Assembly (NCBI RefSeq): GCF_006345805.1
Contig: NC_043017.1
Location: forward strand, 11,470,001-11,534,000
DNA length: 64,000 nucleotides
Direction of reading: 5' to 3'
DNA from: Octopus sinensis
Lineage: Eukaryota
Shown here: one piece after another, positions 40,378 through 54,399 of the stretch
Layout: each line of letters starts with the position of its first letter
Numbering within the stretch: position 1 is the first letter of the stretch
Translations under genes and position numbers: made by a program
Notes under the pieces: model-generated
The model's database searches: none
What the model saw: only the letters and a program-made list of their open reading frames with translations
What the model was told of the DNA's origin: nothing

Positions 40378-42222
40378 GAGAGAGATTATATCCTAGCATA
40401 AGTTGCTGAGTTGTGCTACTATGTTGTATGGTGTATTAGTTGTTGCATTGTGTGGTATATTTATGTTGTCATGATGCTTGTTATGATGCATACCATGTTG
40501 TTGTGGGATGTGGTATGCCATCTTGTCGCATTGTGTGCTATTCTAAAATGTTGTATCCTTTATCATGTTGATGTGTTGTGTTATGTGGTTGTTGTTGTTG
40601 TTGTTGTGATAGTGTTTATAGCCTCAGGTCAGTCCTGAGTGAATACAGCTCTCATCAAAGAATATTCCAGATGTGACCATCCCATCTTTTTCTAGTATTG
40701 CAGGAACTCTGGAACACATTACCTAATGTATGCTTTTTCTAAGGTGGTAAGACATGATGTGTCCTAGTGTTATGCTGTATGGTTCACACACACACACACA
40801 CAACACACAAAGAAACACACAAACACACACAGGGATACATGAACATACACAAATACAGAAACACACAATACAAGGACACACAAACACGTACACATACATG
40901 CACTCAGTTCATCCACAACCCCCACACACACACGCACTCACACACACACACCACACACACACACAGACAAAAGTGCATCAATATTTGTTTCCTTAGATTT
41001 TTTTTTTTACAATATATTGTTTGGAATTCTCTGCTAAAAGTAGACCCTTCAGAAATAAAGGAATTTCTAAAACTGGCAGGGAAGGGAGGGATGGCACGAT
41101 TTTATGGGAAGGATCAGTTGATTATATTGATCAAGGTCCTTCAATTGTAGGTTATAACAGTTTTAACAGCCCTCCCCAACACCAAGACCAACACTACTGA
41201 AAAGACAGACAAAAACAGAATTGGCCCCAACGGGGTTTGAACTGAGAACATTAAGGGATGCAATAAAATATTTCAAAGCATTTTTGTTCATCGATCTATT
41301 GATTTTGATGACACTCAAGTGATAATAATAATAATAATAATAATAACAACAACAACACTAATAATAATAATAATAATAATTATCCTTTCTACTGGAAGCA
41401 CAAGGCCGCAAATTTGGGAGGAGTTTGTAACTGGTACTTATTTAATTGACCTCAAAAAGATGAAAGGCATAAGTCGACCATAGCAGAATTTGAACTCAAA
41501 ACATAGTGGCAGACAAAATACTGCTAAGCATTTTGCCTGGTGTGCTAATGATTCTGCCAGTTCACCACTTTGATAATAATAATAATAATAATAATGGTTT
41601 CAAATTTTGGCACAAGGCCAGCAATTTCACCCTAGTCCTCAATGGGTATTTATTTAATCGACCTTGAAAAGATGAAAGGCAAAGTTGACCTTGGCAGCAT
41701 TTGAACTCGGTGAATGTCAGACACTTTGTCCAGCATGCTAGGTCACTGCAGTGGAAGGAAAGCACTTCTTAAGACATCCAGAGGATATAGGCTTGGGAAC
41801 AGGGGATGCAGCACCTTCACAAAAGTTTTGGTGGGAGCTGGGGGTAATGAAAACACTTTGACCATCCTCCTGAAAATCTTCATTGCCAAAACAAACAAAC
41901 ACAGAAACACTTTTAGACGGATTTGAAACATTACTTTTCCATTATTGGGTTTATCTGATTGGATTGTTGTACAAATACTGTAATAATAATCCTTTCTGTT
42001 AAAGGGACAAGGCCTGAACTTTTGGAGGAGTGGGGGACTAGTCAACTACATCGACCCCTGTGTTTCAATGCTACGTAATTTACCAGCCCCCAAAAGATGA
42101 AAGGTGAAGTTAACCCCAGCAGAATTTGAACTCAGAACGTAAAGACAAATGGAATACCACTAAACATTTCACTCGACATGCTAATGTTTCTGCCAGCTTG
42201 CCTGCTTTGCCACTTTAAACAG

Positions 42223-42274
<52 letters not shown>

Positions 42275-42282
42275 ATTATACC

Positions 42283-42509
42283 TATTTCTTTATTACCCAC
42301 AAGGGGCTAAACACAGAGCGGACAAACAAGGACAGACATAGGTATTAAGTCGATTACATCGACCCCAGTGCGTAACTGGTACTTAATTTATCGACCCCGA
42401 AAGGATGAAAGGCAAAGTCGACCTCGGCGGAATTTGAACTCACAATGTAATGCAGACGAAATACCGCTAAGCATTTCGCCCGGCGTGCTAACGTTTCTGC
42501 CAGCTCGCC
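42283..42509 (-). mobile_element. SINE family B with 12-bp TSD
   Basis: GAGTATTATACC at 42271-42282 and 42510-42521. Confidence 0.9.
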
Positions 42510-43993
42510 GAGTATTATACCAGCGTTTGTTTTGATATTAAGATTGAAAAAAAATCGACCTGGGTTTGCACCCCACCTAAACAAATTTTGCTCCTGTGCT
42601 TATCACACTGCAAACATTTTCTTCTGCCACTCAAACAATCCTACCAGCTCACTAAGTTTTAAATTTAGAGATAAGGCTAGTAACCTTGAGAGGAAGAGGT
42701 TAATTAATACTGTAAACTTCAGTATTGGACTGGAGTTTATTTCATTGATAAGGGCAAAGCTGACCTCAGCATGATTTGAAATCAGAACATAATGAGCCAG
42801 AACATGTACTGCATGCTCTGATGAATCTGCCAAATGGTTATTAACGATAAGTTCTAAGTCTCAGATGCAGGTTAGTCAATGAGTTTGACACCAGACCCCA
42901 GTATGTAGTTGGTACTGTATTATATTGCCTTCTCCATGGATATAAGACAAAGATGTCTTTGATGGGATTAGAAGCTGAAAAAGGATTAACAATTAAACCT
43001 AGGTTAACGAATAGACTTGGATTAATAATTAGACTTTGTAGAAATCAATATAACTTGGTGTTCTGGGTGTGGATGGAGTGTGGGGGGTGAAGAAGTGATT
43101 GAGATGTGATAAGTGGGGGAAACAGGGAAACCAATAACTGGGAGCTGCACCCAGAGTTGCCGAAAATCATCTGTTTCACTGTTACTTTCACATTGACATT
43201 AAATACACATGGATGTTGCTGTGTGTGTATACATACACACACACACACATATATTTACCAACCGATCGTGGCCGTTGCCAGCTTCCCCTGGCACCTGTGC
43301 TGGTGGCACGTAAAAAGCACCTACTACACTCGCGGAGTGGTTAGTGCTAGGAAGGGCATCCAGCTTTAGAAACACTGCCAGATCAGACTGGAGCCTGGTG
43401 CAGCCCCCTGGCTTCCCAGACCCTGGTCGAACCGTCCAATCCATGGTAGCAAGGAAAACGGACGTTAAACGATGATGATGATGATGACATGCCTGATTGA
43501 ATATACCCTGAGTCTGAAGGCTGTGATTGTACTGCACTTAATGGACTCCAGATCCATACTAGTTGCAGGATCCGAATAAGGCGAGTAATAAACACATAAT
43601 AAAACGTTTTCATCAGGTGAATATACATGAATTAAACATTTAAAAAAAATATTCCAAGAATCGACATAATGTGCCCCCTCATGATTTCCTGGTAAGAGCC
43701 AGGGAATCCTTTTTAAAATGATCAACATGTGTATATTCACCTGATGAAAACACCTTTTTTCACATGATGTAGTAGCTCTAATCATCAATAAAAAAAAAAC
43801 TCGTTTGAAACAGCTGTAGTGAATGAACCACAATCTATCTGTTGTCATTTGTTTACATGTGTATATACATATATAGTGGAAGCACTCCGTCGGTTACGAC
43901 GACGAGGGTTCCGGTTGATCCGAATCAACGGAACAGCCTGCTCGTGAAATTAACGTGTAAGTGGCTGAGCACTCCACAGACACGTGTTCCCTT

Positions 43994-44046
<53 letters not shown>

Positions 44047-44788
44047 AAAGTTTACGAAAAAAACAAAAGACGAAGACAGGTGGTGTACAAAACAAACAGA
44101 TGTATTAGTATAACGCTTAGGAATAGAAAAACTCTTTTACGTTTCGAGCCTACGCTCTTCTACAGAAAGGGACACAGAAAAAAACAAGGAGAGAGAAAAA
44201 AGATAGATAGATAGATATATATAATTCAAAGAAAAAGACAACAAAAGACAAAATCGCATCTTCAATGAGCAGTTACAATTGTTTTTGTAGCAACTCTGTT
44301 TTGAACGTTAATTCTCACAAAAGTTCCACGTGAAAACTTAGAGAATATTTGCAAGTATTTAAAGAGTGGGGTGACACTTCGTCAGACATTCATCAAAAGT
44401 ATGCCCTTACATCCAGAACCTTAATACATATATTTATATATATACAAACATATACATCATATTTATGCGTACACACATGATCTATACGTTTATACAGTTT
44501 ACATTCACAAATATGATCTACATACATAAATGGGGTGTATACACATAAAAGTTCTAGAAATACAAATGACGTAAATATAGATATATTTGTAAATTTCATA
44601 CATTTCTAGTTCATATATACATGTGCAAGTATGTGAGTGTATATATATATATAAATATATACATACACATATATACTCATACAAAATACTTCTCTATTAA
44701 CTACACTCACCTATATGCATGCATATATGTATGTACATCTGTATGTGTATGCATGTATGTATATATTTGTATATATACATATATATTT

Positions 44789-45035
44789 AACAATTGCAGC
44801 GGGGAAGGTGTTTGTAAGCCATTTAAGAAACACACAAAAGCCGTTCGATTCACTTCAACATTTAAGTTTAATTTGTCAAAATATTTTCGTCGCTAAAATC
44901 CGTTTGTCAGTGAACAGGTCGCGGATTTTAGCGACGAAAATATTTTGACAAATTAAACTTAAATGTTGAAGTGAATCGAACGGCTTTTGTGTGTTTCTTA
45001 AATGGCTTACAAACACCTTCCACGCTGCAATTGTT
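44789..45035. repeat. Near-perfect inverted repeat: 114-bp arms, 19-nt loop, one mismatch
   Basis: 44789-44902 is the reverse complement of 44922-45035 except at 44802. Confidence 0.95.
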
Positions 45036-45177
45036 TTCGTTCCAGCACACGATCTCAGATCAAATCACTTGCTATGCGAGTACATCTCCATATATATTTA
45101 CATATGTATATACATGTGTGTACGTATGCTTGTTTATATGTATGTATGCAGTTACATGGTGTAGACATCAATGTATG

Positions 45178-45287
<110 letters not shown>

Positions 45288-45629
45288 AACATATATATAT
45301 ATAAATACACACACATATAATACGTGTATGATAGATACATACACATATACATGCATATATATATAAATATATATACACATATATGTATATACATATATAC
45401 GTTTGTATGTATACATGTATATGTATGTATGTACGTATGTTTGTGCGTACACATATATGTTATGTATAACTGTTTATATACATACACGTGGTGGACTTCA
45501 CAGATTATGTGTTTGTGGGTGTCTGCGAGTGAATATGTGTGTGTATACACAAATTGGTGAAGAATCGAAAGAAAAAAGAAAGAGAGAATTCAACACGTGT
45601 CTTTTGAGGTTCAATACACACACACACCG

Positions 45630-45660
<31 letters not shown>

Positions 45661-45802
45661 TGCCATCTATATGTACGAAAGATTTACGGTTCACACGCGC
45701 ACACAGACACGCACGCTAACGCATTAAAAAACACGAGATTGATGTAAAAATAAGAATGTATATCTCGAATGATATTAATAAGGAATAGATTGAGTAACCT
45801 AC

Positions 45803-45878
45803 CTTCCAAGAGCGGCACCCATAGTAAAATAATACCAGAGATTAATGGTAAGGCATAACATCGGAACCGCACTGCCAT
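45803..45878 (-). CDS. Signal-peptide exon of a secreted/surface tandem Sushi (CCP) domain protein: [25 protein letters not shown](G)
   Basis: ATG at 45878-45876; basic N-region plus hydrophobic core; ends GAA G|gtaggt, a phase-1 donor matching the phase-1 acceptor of the CCP1 exon (join gives ...LLE-A-ANIRRSFC). Linkage across the 36 kb intron is inferred. Confidence 0.7.
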
Positions 45879-46039
45879 TTCTTCACTTGTCAAATTGGAG
45901 TTTTGTTGATGTTGCTGTCGGTGGTGAAGATGCTGGCGGTAGTGGCGATGTATTTGGGGGTCGTAGTAAGAGTGTGGCGATGGTGTTGGGATCGGTGTTG
46001 GCTGGTAGGCTTGCTGGTAGGCTGGCTGGTTGGTTGGCT

Positions 46040-46300
46040 GGTTAGTGTGAAGATATATGTGTATATATATATGTATGGCTGGTAAGTGTGAATATATATG
46101 TGTATATATATATGTATGGCTGGTAAGTGTGAATATATGTGTATATATATATATGTATGGCTGGTAAGTGTGAATATATATGTGTATATATATATGTATG
46201 GCTGGTAAGTGTGAATATATATGTATATATATATATATATCTGTATATATATATATGTATGACTGGTAAGTGTGAATATATGTGTATATATATATGTGTA
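46040..46300. repeat. ~40-bp minisatellite GGCTGGTAAGTGTGAATATATATGTGTATATATATATGTAT, ~6 units
   Basis: Seen directly; lies just 5' of the signal-peptide exon. Confidence 0.9.
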
Positions 46301-46310
46301 TATATATATG

Positions 46311-46342
<32 letters not shown>

Positions 46343-48454
46343 ATGTATATATGTATATGTATACGTTATGTATGTGTTGCGTGTATGTATGTGTCGTTAT
46401 GTTATATTGGGCATGTGTGTGTTTGTTGCATGCGTGTGTGTGTGTATGTATTTGTGTATGGATAGTAGATGTGTGCGTATGTAATAGATGTATGAGGTGT
46501 GTGTTATGTATGTACTTATGTATATATATTATGTATTTATGTGTGTGCGTGAATATGTATATGTATATATATATAGGTATCTTTAGTATGTGTGTATATA
46601 TATATGTGTGTATGTATATGTATGTGTCTGTATATATATGTAGGTATCTTTAGTATGTGTGTATATATATATATATATTCACACACACACACATATATAT
46701 ATACGTGTGTGTATGTTATGTATGTCAGTGCGTGAATATGTATGTATGTATGTATGTATGTATATGCGTGTGTAAGATGATGGTAGTGGGCGGAGGGGGT
46801 GTGGCTGGGAAGCCGGTTGGCTATAAATTCTTCTGTTGCAATAAAAGATGTTAAATATTCTCAATGCTGTTGTTGTTGTTGTTTAGTCCGTCGACTCAGC
46901 CCTGACTGTGCAGGCAGAGAGGATCAACGACGTTCCAACCATGACCAATTAATTCCTTATCATTATCATTTTTTTTTTTGGCCATAAATTTGGCTGCTAT
47001 TTTTAGCAAGTCGAGCGACCACGTCGAGGCTCCTTTGCTGAGTCGCGGATGTTGTCAATGCAGTGATGATGATGATGGTGGTGGTAGTAGTGGTGGTGGT
47101 GGTGGTGGCAATGATGCTGATGATAATGGTGATGGTGATGGTGGTGATGTAGTTTGGCGTTATACGTGGTGTTGGTAGTGTTAGTCGTGGTGGTGGTTGG
47201 TGGTGGTGGTGGATTTCGGGTTTGTTGTAGTACTGGTTATAGTAGAAACGGTGATGTATTTTTTTGGGGGGTGGTTTCTAAAAGTGCTGCTGGGCTGGTG
47301 GTGTGTATGTGTGTGTGAGTCCTATCTGTATGTGTGTGTGGTGTGTGTCTATATGTGTCTGCGGTCGGTTTAAGTAACAGTGGAAGGCGGTGGGGGTTTC
47401 TCTTATAACTTTTAGTTGTTATTGCTCTGTTGTTGCTGTTGTAGCGACGATTGTGGTGATGATGAAAGTAGTCTGGTTGGTTTTGTTCCCTATAAATAAT
47501 AATAATGTTTTTATAACGATGTCTTCGTAACCATTTTATTATCATTATTATTATCATCATCATTATTATTATCATTATTATTATTGTTATTATTATTATT
47601 ATTGCTATCGTCGTTGTTGTTCTCTGGATCACAGTGCATTATATTAATCGTAATGTGAAAGTTTGGTCCCTCTTTTTTTTTATCCTTCTACATACTTTTT
47701 TAAATTTTTTATTCCTATCCTTTCAAAAAAATATTTACGTTATGAAACAATATGCTTGTCCAAACACACCACCAATATAATAACATTAATAATAAGAGCA
47801 ACAACAATAATTTCTATACAAGCAGTAATTTGTTCTTACTCCCTTTTTTTTTCTTATCGTTCCTATACAAGCGAACGGTTCATGTGGCCCTCTCCCCCCC
47901 CCCCCCGTCACCCTTCATTCTGTCTCTCTACCTTTCTCTTGCTCTCTTTCTTTCTTTCTTTCTCGCCTTTTTCTCTCATTCATTGATTCAATCTCTCTCT
48001 GCACACACACACACACATACACACACACACACCACACCACACAACACACACACACACATACACACACACACATAACACACACACACCACACACACACACA
48101 CCACACACACATACATACACACAGACACACACACATACACACACACATAACACACACATCTGTGTCTATTTCTTCAGTTTGTTTTCCTCTCTCCCGCCTT
48201 TTTTTTCTTTTGCTACTTTCGGCCTCTTTTCCCATTGAGTACAATGTTACCGTTTTGGGGGCCACAAGGAATCGAAAGACACGCGCACAGAAGACGTGGA
48301 TCAGAAAAGGCTGGCTGTGGCTGGCTGGTGGCAAGCAGCGGTTAAAAGAAGAATTACAAGAAGAATAATAAGGAAAATGAAAGACTGCAGCGATGAAGAG
48401 GGTAAAATAAAAATAAAAATAAAAAACGTGACATTAACTAGAAACATAAGAAAG

Positions 48455-48540
48455 ATAAATAGATAGACAGAGATAGATAGATAGATAGGTAGACAGATAT
48501 ATAGGTAGATAGATAGATAGACAGATAGATAGACAGATAG

Positions 48541-48571
<31 letters not shown>

Positions 48572-48630
48572 GATAGATAGATAGATACAGATAGATAGAT
48601 AGAGAGGTAGATCGCTAGATATACATATAC

Positions 48631-48667
<37 letters not shown>

Positions 48668-49234
48668 CAGATAAACAGAGCAAAGCTATACTATATATTA
48701 AGAAGAAGCTAGATATATGGATAGATAAAGCTAGAGATGGATATATACATTGATATAGATAGAGAGAGACGGAGAATAAAAGAAAGAAAACTGAGAAAGC
48801 AAGAGAAAAAGAAACGAAAAGAGATAACGACGGGGGGGGGGACTTGTAGCGCCTGCGGGGTACACGGTGGTGGTGGTGGTGAGGGCGATGGCAGAGGCTG
48901 TGGCTGTAATGGTGGTGGTGGTGGTGGTGGAGGCGGCGGCGGTAAGATCGATGGTGGTGGTGGTGGCGGAAGAGGAAGGAGAGAGAGAGAGAGGAAGAGT
49001 TAATGTTAAAATTATATATCAACAAGTTGGCTTCCGTTCAAGTTCTTTAAAAAATCCTTCAAACTCTTTTTACTTAAATATTAATTGGAAGGTTGCAAGT
49101 TTAAATTGACTCTGGCTGCAAGTTTCTTCTCTTCTCTCTCTCTCTCACTCTCTCTCTCTCTCTCTCTTTCTCTCACTCTTTCTCTCTCTCTCACTCTCTC
49201 TCCCTCACTCTCTCTCTCACTCTCTCTCTCTCTC

Positions 49235-49283
<49 letters not shown>

Positions 49284-49772
49284 TACTCTCTCTCTCTCTC
49301 ACTCTTTCTCCCTCACTCTCTCTCTCTCTTCTCTCTCTCTCCCTATTTCTCATTTCTGTCTTCGCCTCTGTTTTTGATATTTTCTTTTTCTTGTTATTGC
49401 TGCGATTATTATTTATTATTATTATTATTATTTTATTATTATTATTGGTAATAATTCCGGTATATCCCACGGTCTGCATTTAATTACACACGCGTACACA
49501 CACACGCGCACACACACACGCGCACACACGTAGTCGCAAATACATACACGTGTGTGTGTGTATGAGTATATGTGTGTGAGTGAGTGTGCGCGCGCGAGCT
49601 TTTGCGTGTATCTCTGAATGTATGTATGTATGCATGCATGTATGTATGTATTATGTATGTATATGCATGTATGTGTGTGTATGTATGTATGTATGTATGT
49701 ATGTATGTATATATGTATGTATGTATGTATATATGTATGTATGTATGTATATATATGAATGTTTTTATGTAC

Positions 49773-49803
<31 letters not shown>

Positions 49804-50575
49804 TGTATGTATGTATGTATGTATGTATGTATGTATATATGTATGTATGTATGCATGTATGTATGGACGTGTCTGCTGCTTGTGCGGGGTTTTTCTTCTT
49901 TTTTCCCCCTTCTCGTCATCGCTTTCTTTGGTTACCAAAAGAAAAGAGAGGAAGCAGAAAATAAAAAGAGATTAAGAAGAAAAATGAAAAAAAAAATAGA
50001 AAAAAATAAAAAGAAACAAACACTCCAACAAATTTCTTGTCTGTCCGGAAAAAGTTATTTTCCGACTAGAGAGAGAGAGAGAGAGTGGAGGGATGAGGGG
50101 TGAGGGGGAAGGAAGCAGGAAGCGAAGAACGAAGAGTAAAGAAAGAAGAAAATGGTGAAGAAGGATGCGAAGAATTACCGAAACGGCTGGCCAAAAAATG
50201 ACCAACAGGGATTTGGAGTCTAATTTGCTTACACACACACACACACACACAGAGACATACACACTCTTTACGAAACTTAATAAACACCATGAACCTCGTG
50301 TTGATGGCTGTGTTAGTGATGATGATAATAATGATGATGATGACGACGACGATGATGATGATGATGACGATGATGGTGATGATGATGATGATAATGATTG
50401 ATGACGATGATGATGATTGATGATTGATGATGATGACGATGATGATGATGACGATGATGGTGATGATGATGATGATAATGATTGATGACGATGATGATGA
50501 TGATGATGATGATGACGATGATGACGATGATGATGACGACGACGATGATGATGATGACGATGATGGCGAAGATGG
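48455..50575. repeat. Cluster of long simple repeats: (ATAG)n ~48455-48605, (CT)n ~49130-49345, (TATG)n ~49600-49865, (GAT)n ~50315-50575
   Basis: Seen directly. Confidence 0.92.
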
Positions 50576-51576
50576 TGAAGATGGTGGTGGTGGTGGTGGC
50601 TGAGGTGGGTGTAGAAGCAGTGGTTGCGGTGGTGCTGGAACAGGTGTGGGTCGTGATGAGATCGTAGAAGTGATGAAAATTGTGGTGGTTGTGGTGATGG
50701 TGTTGGTGATGGTTGATGGAGGTGGTGGTGATTGTGAAACGTGTAGACAGTTATTTACCCCCAAACCAACCCTGACCTAGCACACTTTTTCATGAAAAAC
50801 ATTCCAGCTATGACCATCCTGTCTTAATCGTATATATTCCGGAAACATCCAAGATCCAAGATCCAGGATCCAACGACATTATGCGACGTGCTGTTTACTA
50901 AGACGACGGACGGGGGTCTGATGCGCGATTTGAGGGAGGTTTAGCTTCTATTTCTAGCTGGTTGAAGAATGATCCCGTAGAGGCTCCATCGTTGGTGGCA
51001 AACGATGTGGTGGTGGTGGTAGTGGTGGTGGTGGTTGCGGTAGAGTCCCCCATCTGCTACACCCACCCACCCACCCACACAAACACACGCACACATACAC
51101 ATGCACGTACACACACACACACAGCCTTCACTTGTCAGCAACGCGTTAACATTAACAGGGAAACGTGTTGCTTAGAAGAGAGGTGGCGGTGGTGGCGGTG
51201 GTGGGACGTGATGGGAGGGTGGGGAAGAAGATTGTAAGAGGAGGGGGAAGGGGAGGCAGAGGAGGAGGGATTAAAATTGATCATTTGTACCGGAAGAAAA
51301 CTACTCGACCAACTTCTTTTACAACCTTATATTTTGTGAATGTGTGTGTGTATGTGTGTGTGTGTGTGTGTGCATGTAGTATACTTGTGTGTGTGTCTGC
51401 AGTGTTTCAGATATTTAGAAAGAAATGAAAGAAATGGGGGGGGGGTGGATTTTAATCATTTAAGGTGAAAGATCTAACTTGGAATTTCATGGTTCATATC
51501 TCACATGTGGAGTCTTCAGCAATTTGTTGGAACGGAATTCAGAGAGAAGAGTTAAACTACAAACAAGAAACAACAG

Positions 51577-51625
<49 letters not shown>

Positions 51626-53037
51626 CATACATACATAAGCATACATACACACATACAGACAGACTGATAGATAGATAGATAGATATCCTCCTCCTCATCA
51701 TCATCATCATCTCAATATCATTTAACATCTGTTTCCCATACTGTTGTAGACTGGACGGTTTTAACAGGACCCAGCAAGCCGCAGGACTGCGTCAAGCTCC
51801 AATGTCAGCTTTGGCAAGGATTCTACAGCGCGTGTGGTGTGCTTCTATATTATGTGTGCAAATACATGTTGGCACATACATACACACACACACACACACA
51901 CATATATCAATAAGTAAATTCCAACTTGCCGCCAATGATACTTAAAAACTTACTAAATAACATTATTAAGCGAATTGCCAACTTATTCTGTGATGAGGAA
52001 TTGCTTAACCGTGTGTAACTCGTTATGTCAACTATGCATTAAAAACACTGGCTCTAAAGATAGCATACATTCTACACAAAACAACATTTATATATGTAAA
52101 AAAAAAAAGAGAGAGGGAACGAAATATTATATGGTATAATCCTACATGTAGCTTCAACATTCATTCTAATGTTGGTAGACTTTCTCTGTACTTAATGAAG
52201 AATCCTTTCGTCACAGATATCAAAACCGTAGGTAAGGTATTTAGGAAAAAATAACTTTATGGTGAACTACATTTGCATCAAAAACGTCGCTGCACACGAA
52301 GCTAGTATAAATAGATGAAATCTTTCTTGTCCAGATACAGAAAAACTCTTTCTATCTGTGTAATCATAACAACCTAAATATCTACTTTCTCGACGATATG
52401 TCTTTTTAAACACTGCTTTATTGAATCACGGTCACCTTCGCAAAATGATAAAGCAAAAAGTTATGTACGGTTTACTGAAAATCTTTTAAAGAAGATTCAC
52501 GCAATGCACATACGCACTCATAAATTTCCTTCACTACTTCACTCCCCAAATATATCTGGACATTGAAAGATGATATTAGAAAAAGAAAATTATCAATTGG
52601 TCTTTGTGGAACGTGTCTATCTACATTAATAGCTTTAGAAGTTGTGATGTATGCCTTTTAAAGAAAACAAGATAAGTAAAGCAGATAAACATACTCACAT
52701 TCTGTTAAAAATTTTGCAGTTTTAAGTAAATAATCGAAATCTATGAACAGACTCGACCGTTGTTTTTTCAACTGTCCATTGGCTAAAATCATTTACTTCC
52801 TACCAAATGGACGTGCGAAAATTCAAAGAGGCGATCATATAAGTAACAAAAAAAAAAAAGAGACATCCTATTAATTTATTCATTAACACCAATCCTTATT
52901 CTCGTGTATTTTATACGTATGATATTGAAGGTATGGTAACAGCACGTACATGAATAGATGCAAGTGTCATGTACTCCGCAGATGACAACTGAATATGTAA
53001 CACATTTGTTAATAGTTTTACAGCTCCCCCTTCTCTC

Positions 53038-53081
<44 letters not shown>

Positions 53082-53488
53082 GCTATCATATTCTGAGTAA
53101 TCTGTTGAGTCAGAAAGGTGAGATTTTTGCTTGTGCCTACAAAAACATTTAAAGCAATTAGAGAAAGCATGGCATATGCTACCGAATCATCCACGATCAC
53201 GTGTGAGGGCTATGTTTCACACACACGTACATGCATGACAAGTTGGGCAAGTGCTTTTTACTACAGCCTCCGGGCGACCAAAGCTTTGTTCATGGATTTG
53301 GTAGAAGGGAAATTGAAAGAAGCCAAAATAGGGGAGGGGATCTGCCCTAATTATCAAATCCTGGCAGCAACACTGAAGCTGGAAGCAGGATAATAATCTA
53401 ATTCTACACTTTATTACATTCAAGAATATAAACACGTTTTTAAGAACAACACGAGCGGAGTCAAAAAGAAACACTACCTTTCACCGGT

Positions 53489-53722
53489 GGCGGCGAGCTG
53501 GCAGAAACGTTAGCACGTCGAGCGAAGTGCTTAGCGGTATTTCGTCTGCCTTACGTTGTGAGTTCAAATTCCGCCGAGGTCGACTTTGCCTTTCATCCTT
53601 TCGGGGTCGATAAATTAAATACCAGTTACGCACTGGGGTCGATGTAATCGACTTAATACCTATGTCTGTCCTTGTTTGTCCCCTCTGTGTTTAGCCCCTT
53701 GTGGGTAATTAAGAAATAGGTA
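53489..53722 (+). mobile_element. SINE family B
   Basis: Full head-to-tail match to the other B copies; no TSD found. Confidence 0.9.
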
Positions 53723-53870
53723 CTTAGTGAACGACAGTTCTGTCTCTCCCCAGCATGAAGGATTAAAGAAAGAATTAAAGAAAAAGGGACTCATTATACT
53801 GAATGTTATCAATAATATTGAGTGGAAATATGAAGTGCTGCAATGCCTATACACGTGCCGCCACTGGATG

Positions 53871-54358
53871 GGATACTTTTAGAATACCTATTTCTTTACT
53901 ACCCACAAGGGGCTAAACACAGAGGGGACGAACAAGGACAGACACACGGATTAAGTCGATTATATCGACCCCAATGCGTAACTGGTACTTAATTTATCGA
54001 CCCCGAAAAGGATGAAAGGCAAAGTCGACCTCGGCGGAATTTGAACTCGAGGTCGACTTTGCCTTTCATCCTTTCGGGGTCGATGGGATACTTTTAGAAT
54101 ACCTATTTCTTTATTACCCATAAGGGGCTAAACATAGAGGGGACAAACAAGGACAGACATAGGTATTATGTCGATTACATCGACCCCAGTGCGTAACTGG
54201 TACTTAATTTATCGACCCCGAAAGGATGAAAGGCAAAGTCGACCTCGGCGGAATTTGAACTCACAACGTAACAGCAGACGAAGTACCGCAAAGCATTTCG
54301 CCCGGTGTGCTAACGCTTCTGCTAGCTCGCCGCCTTTTTAGGATACTTTTAGAATACC
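53871..54358 (-). mobile_element. Compound SINE B insertion with a triplicated 18-bp target site and a short internal inversion
   Basis: GGATACTTTTAGAATACC at 53871, 54086 and 54341; inverted SINE fragment at 54049-54084. Confidence 0.88.
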
Positions 54359-54399
54359 ATCGCCTGTTACCTTCCAGTGATGGGTAAGGATGAATGAAT

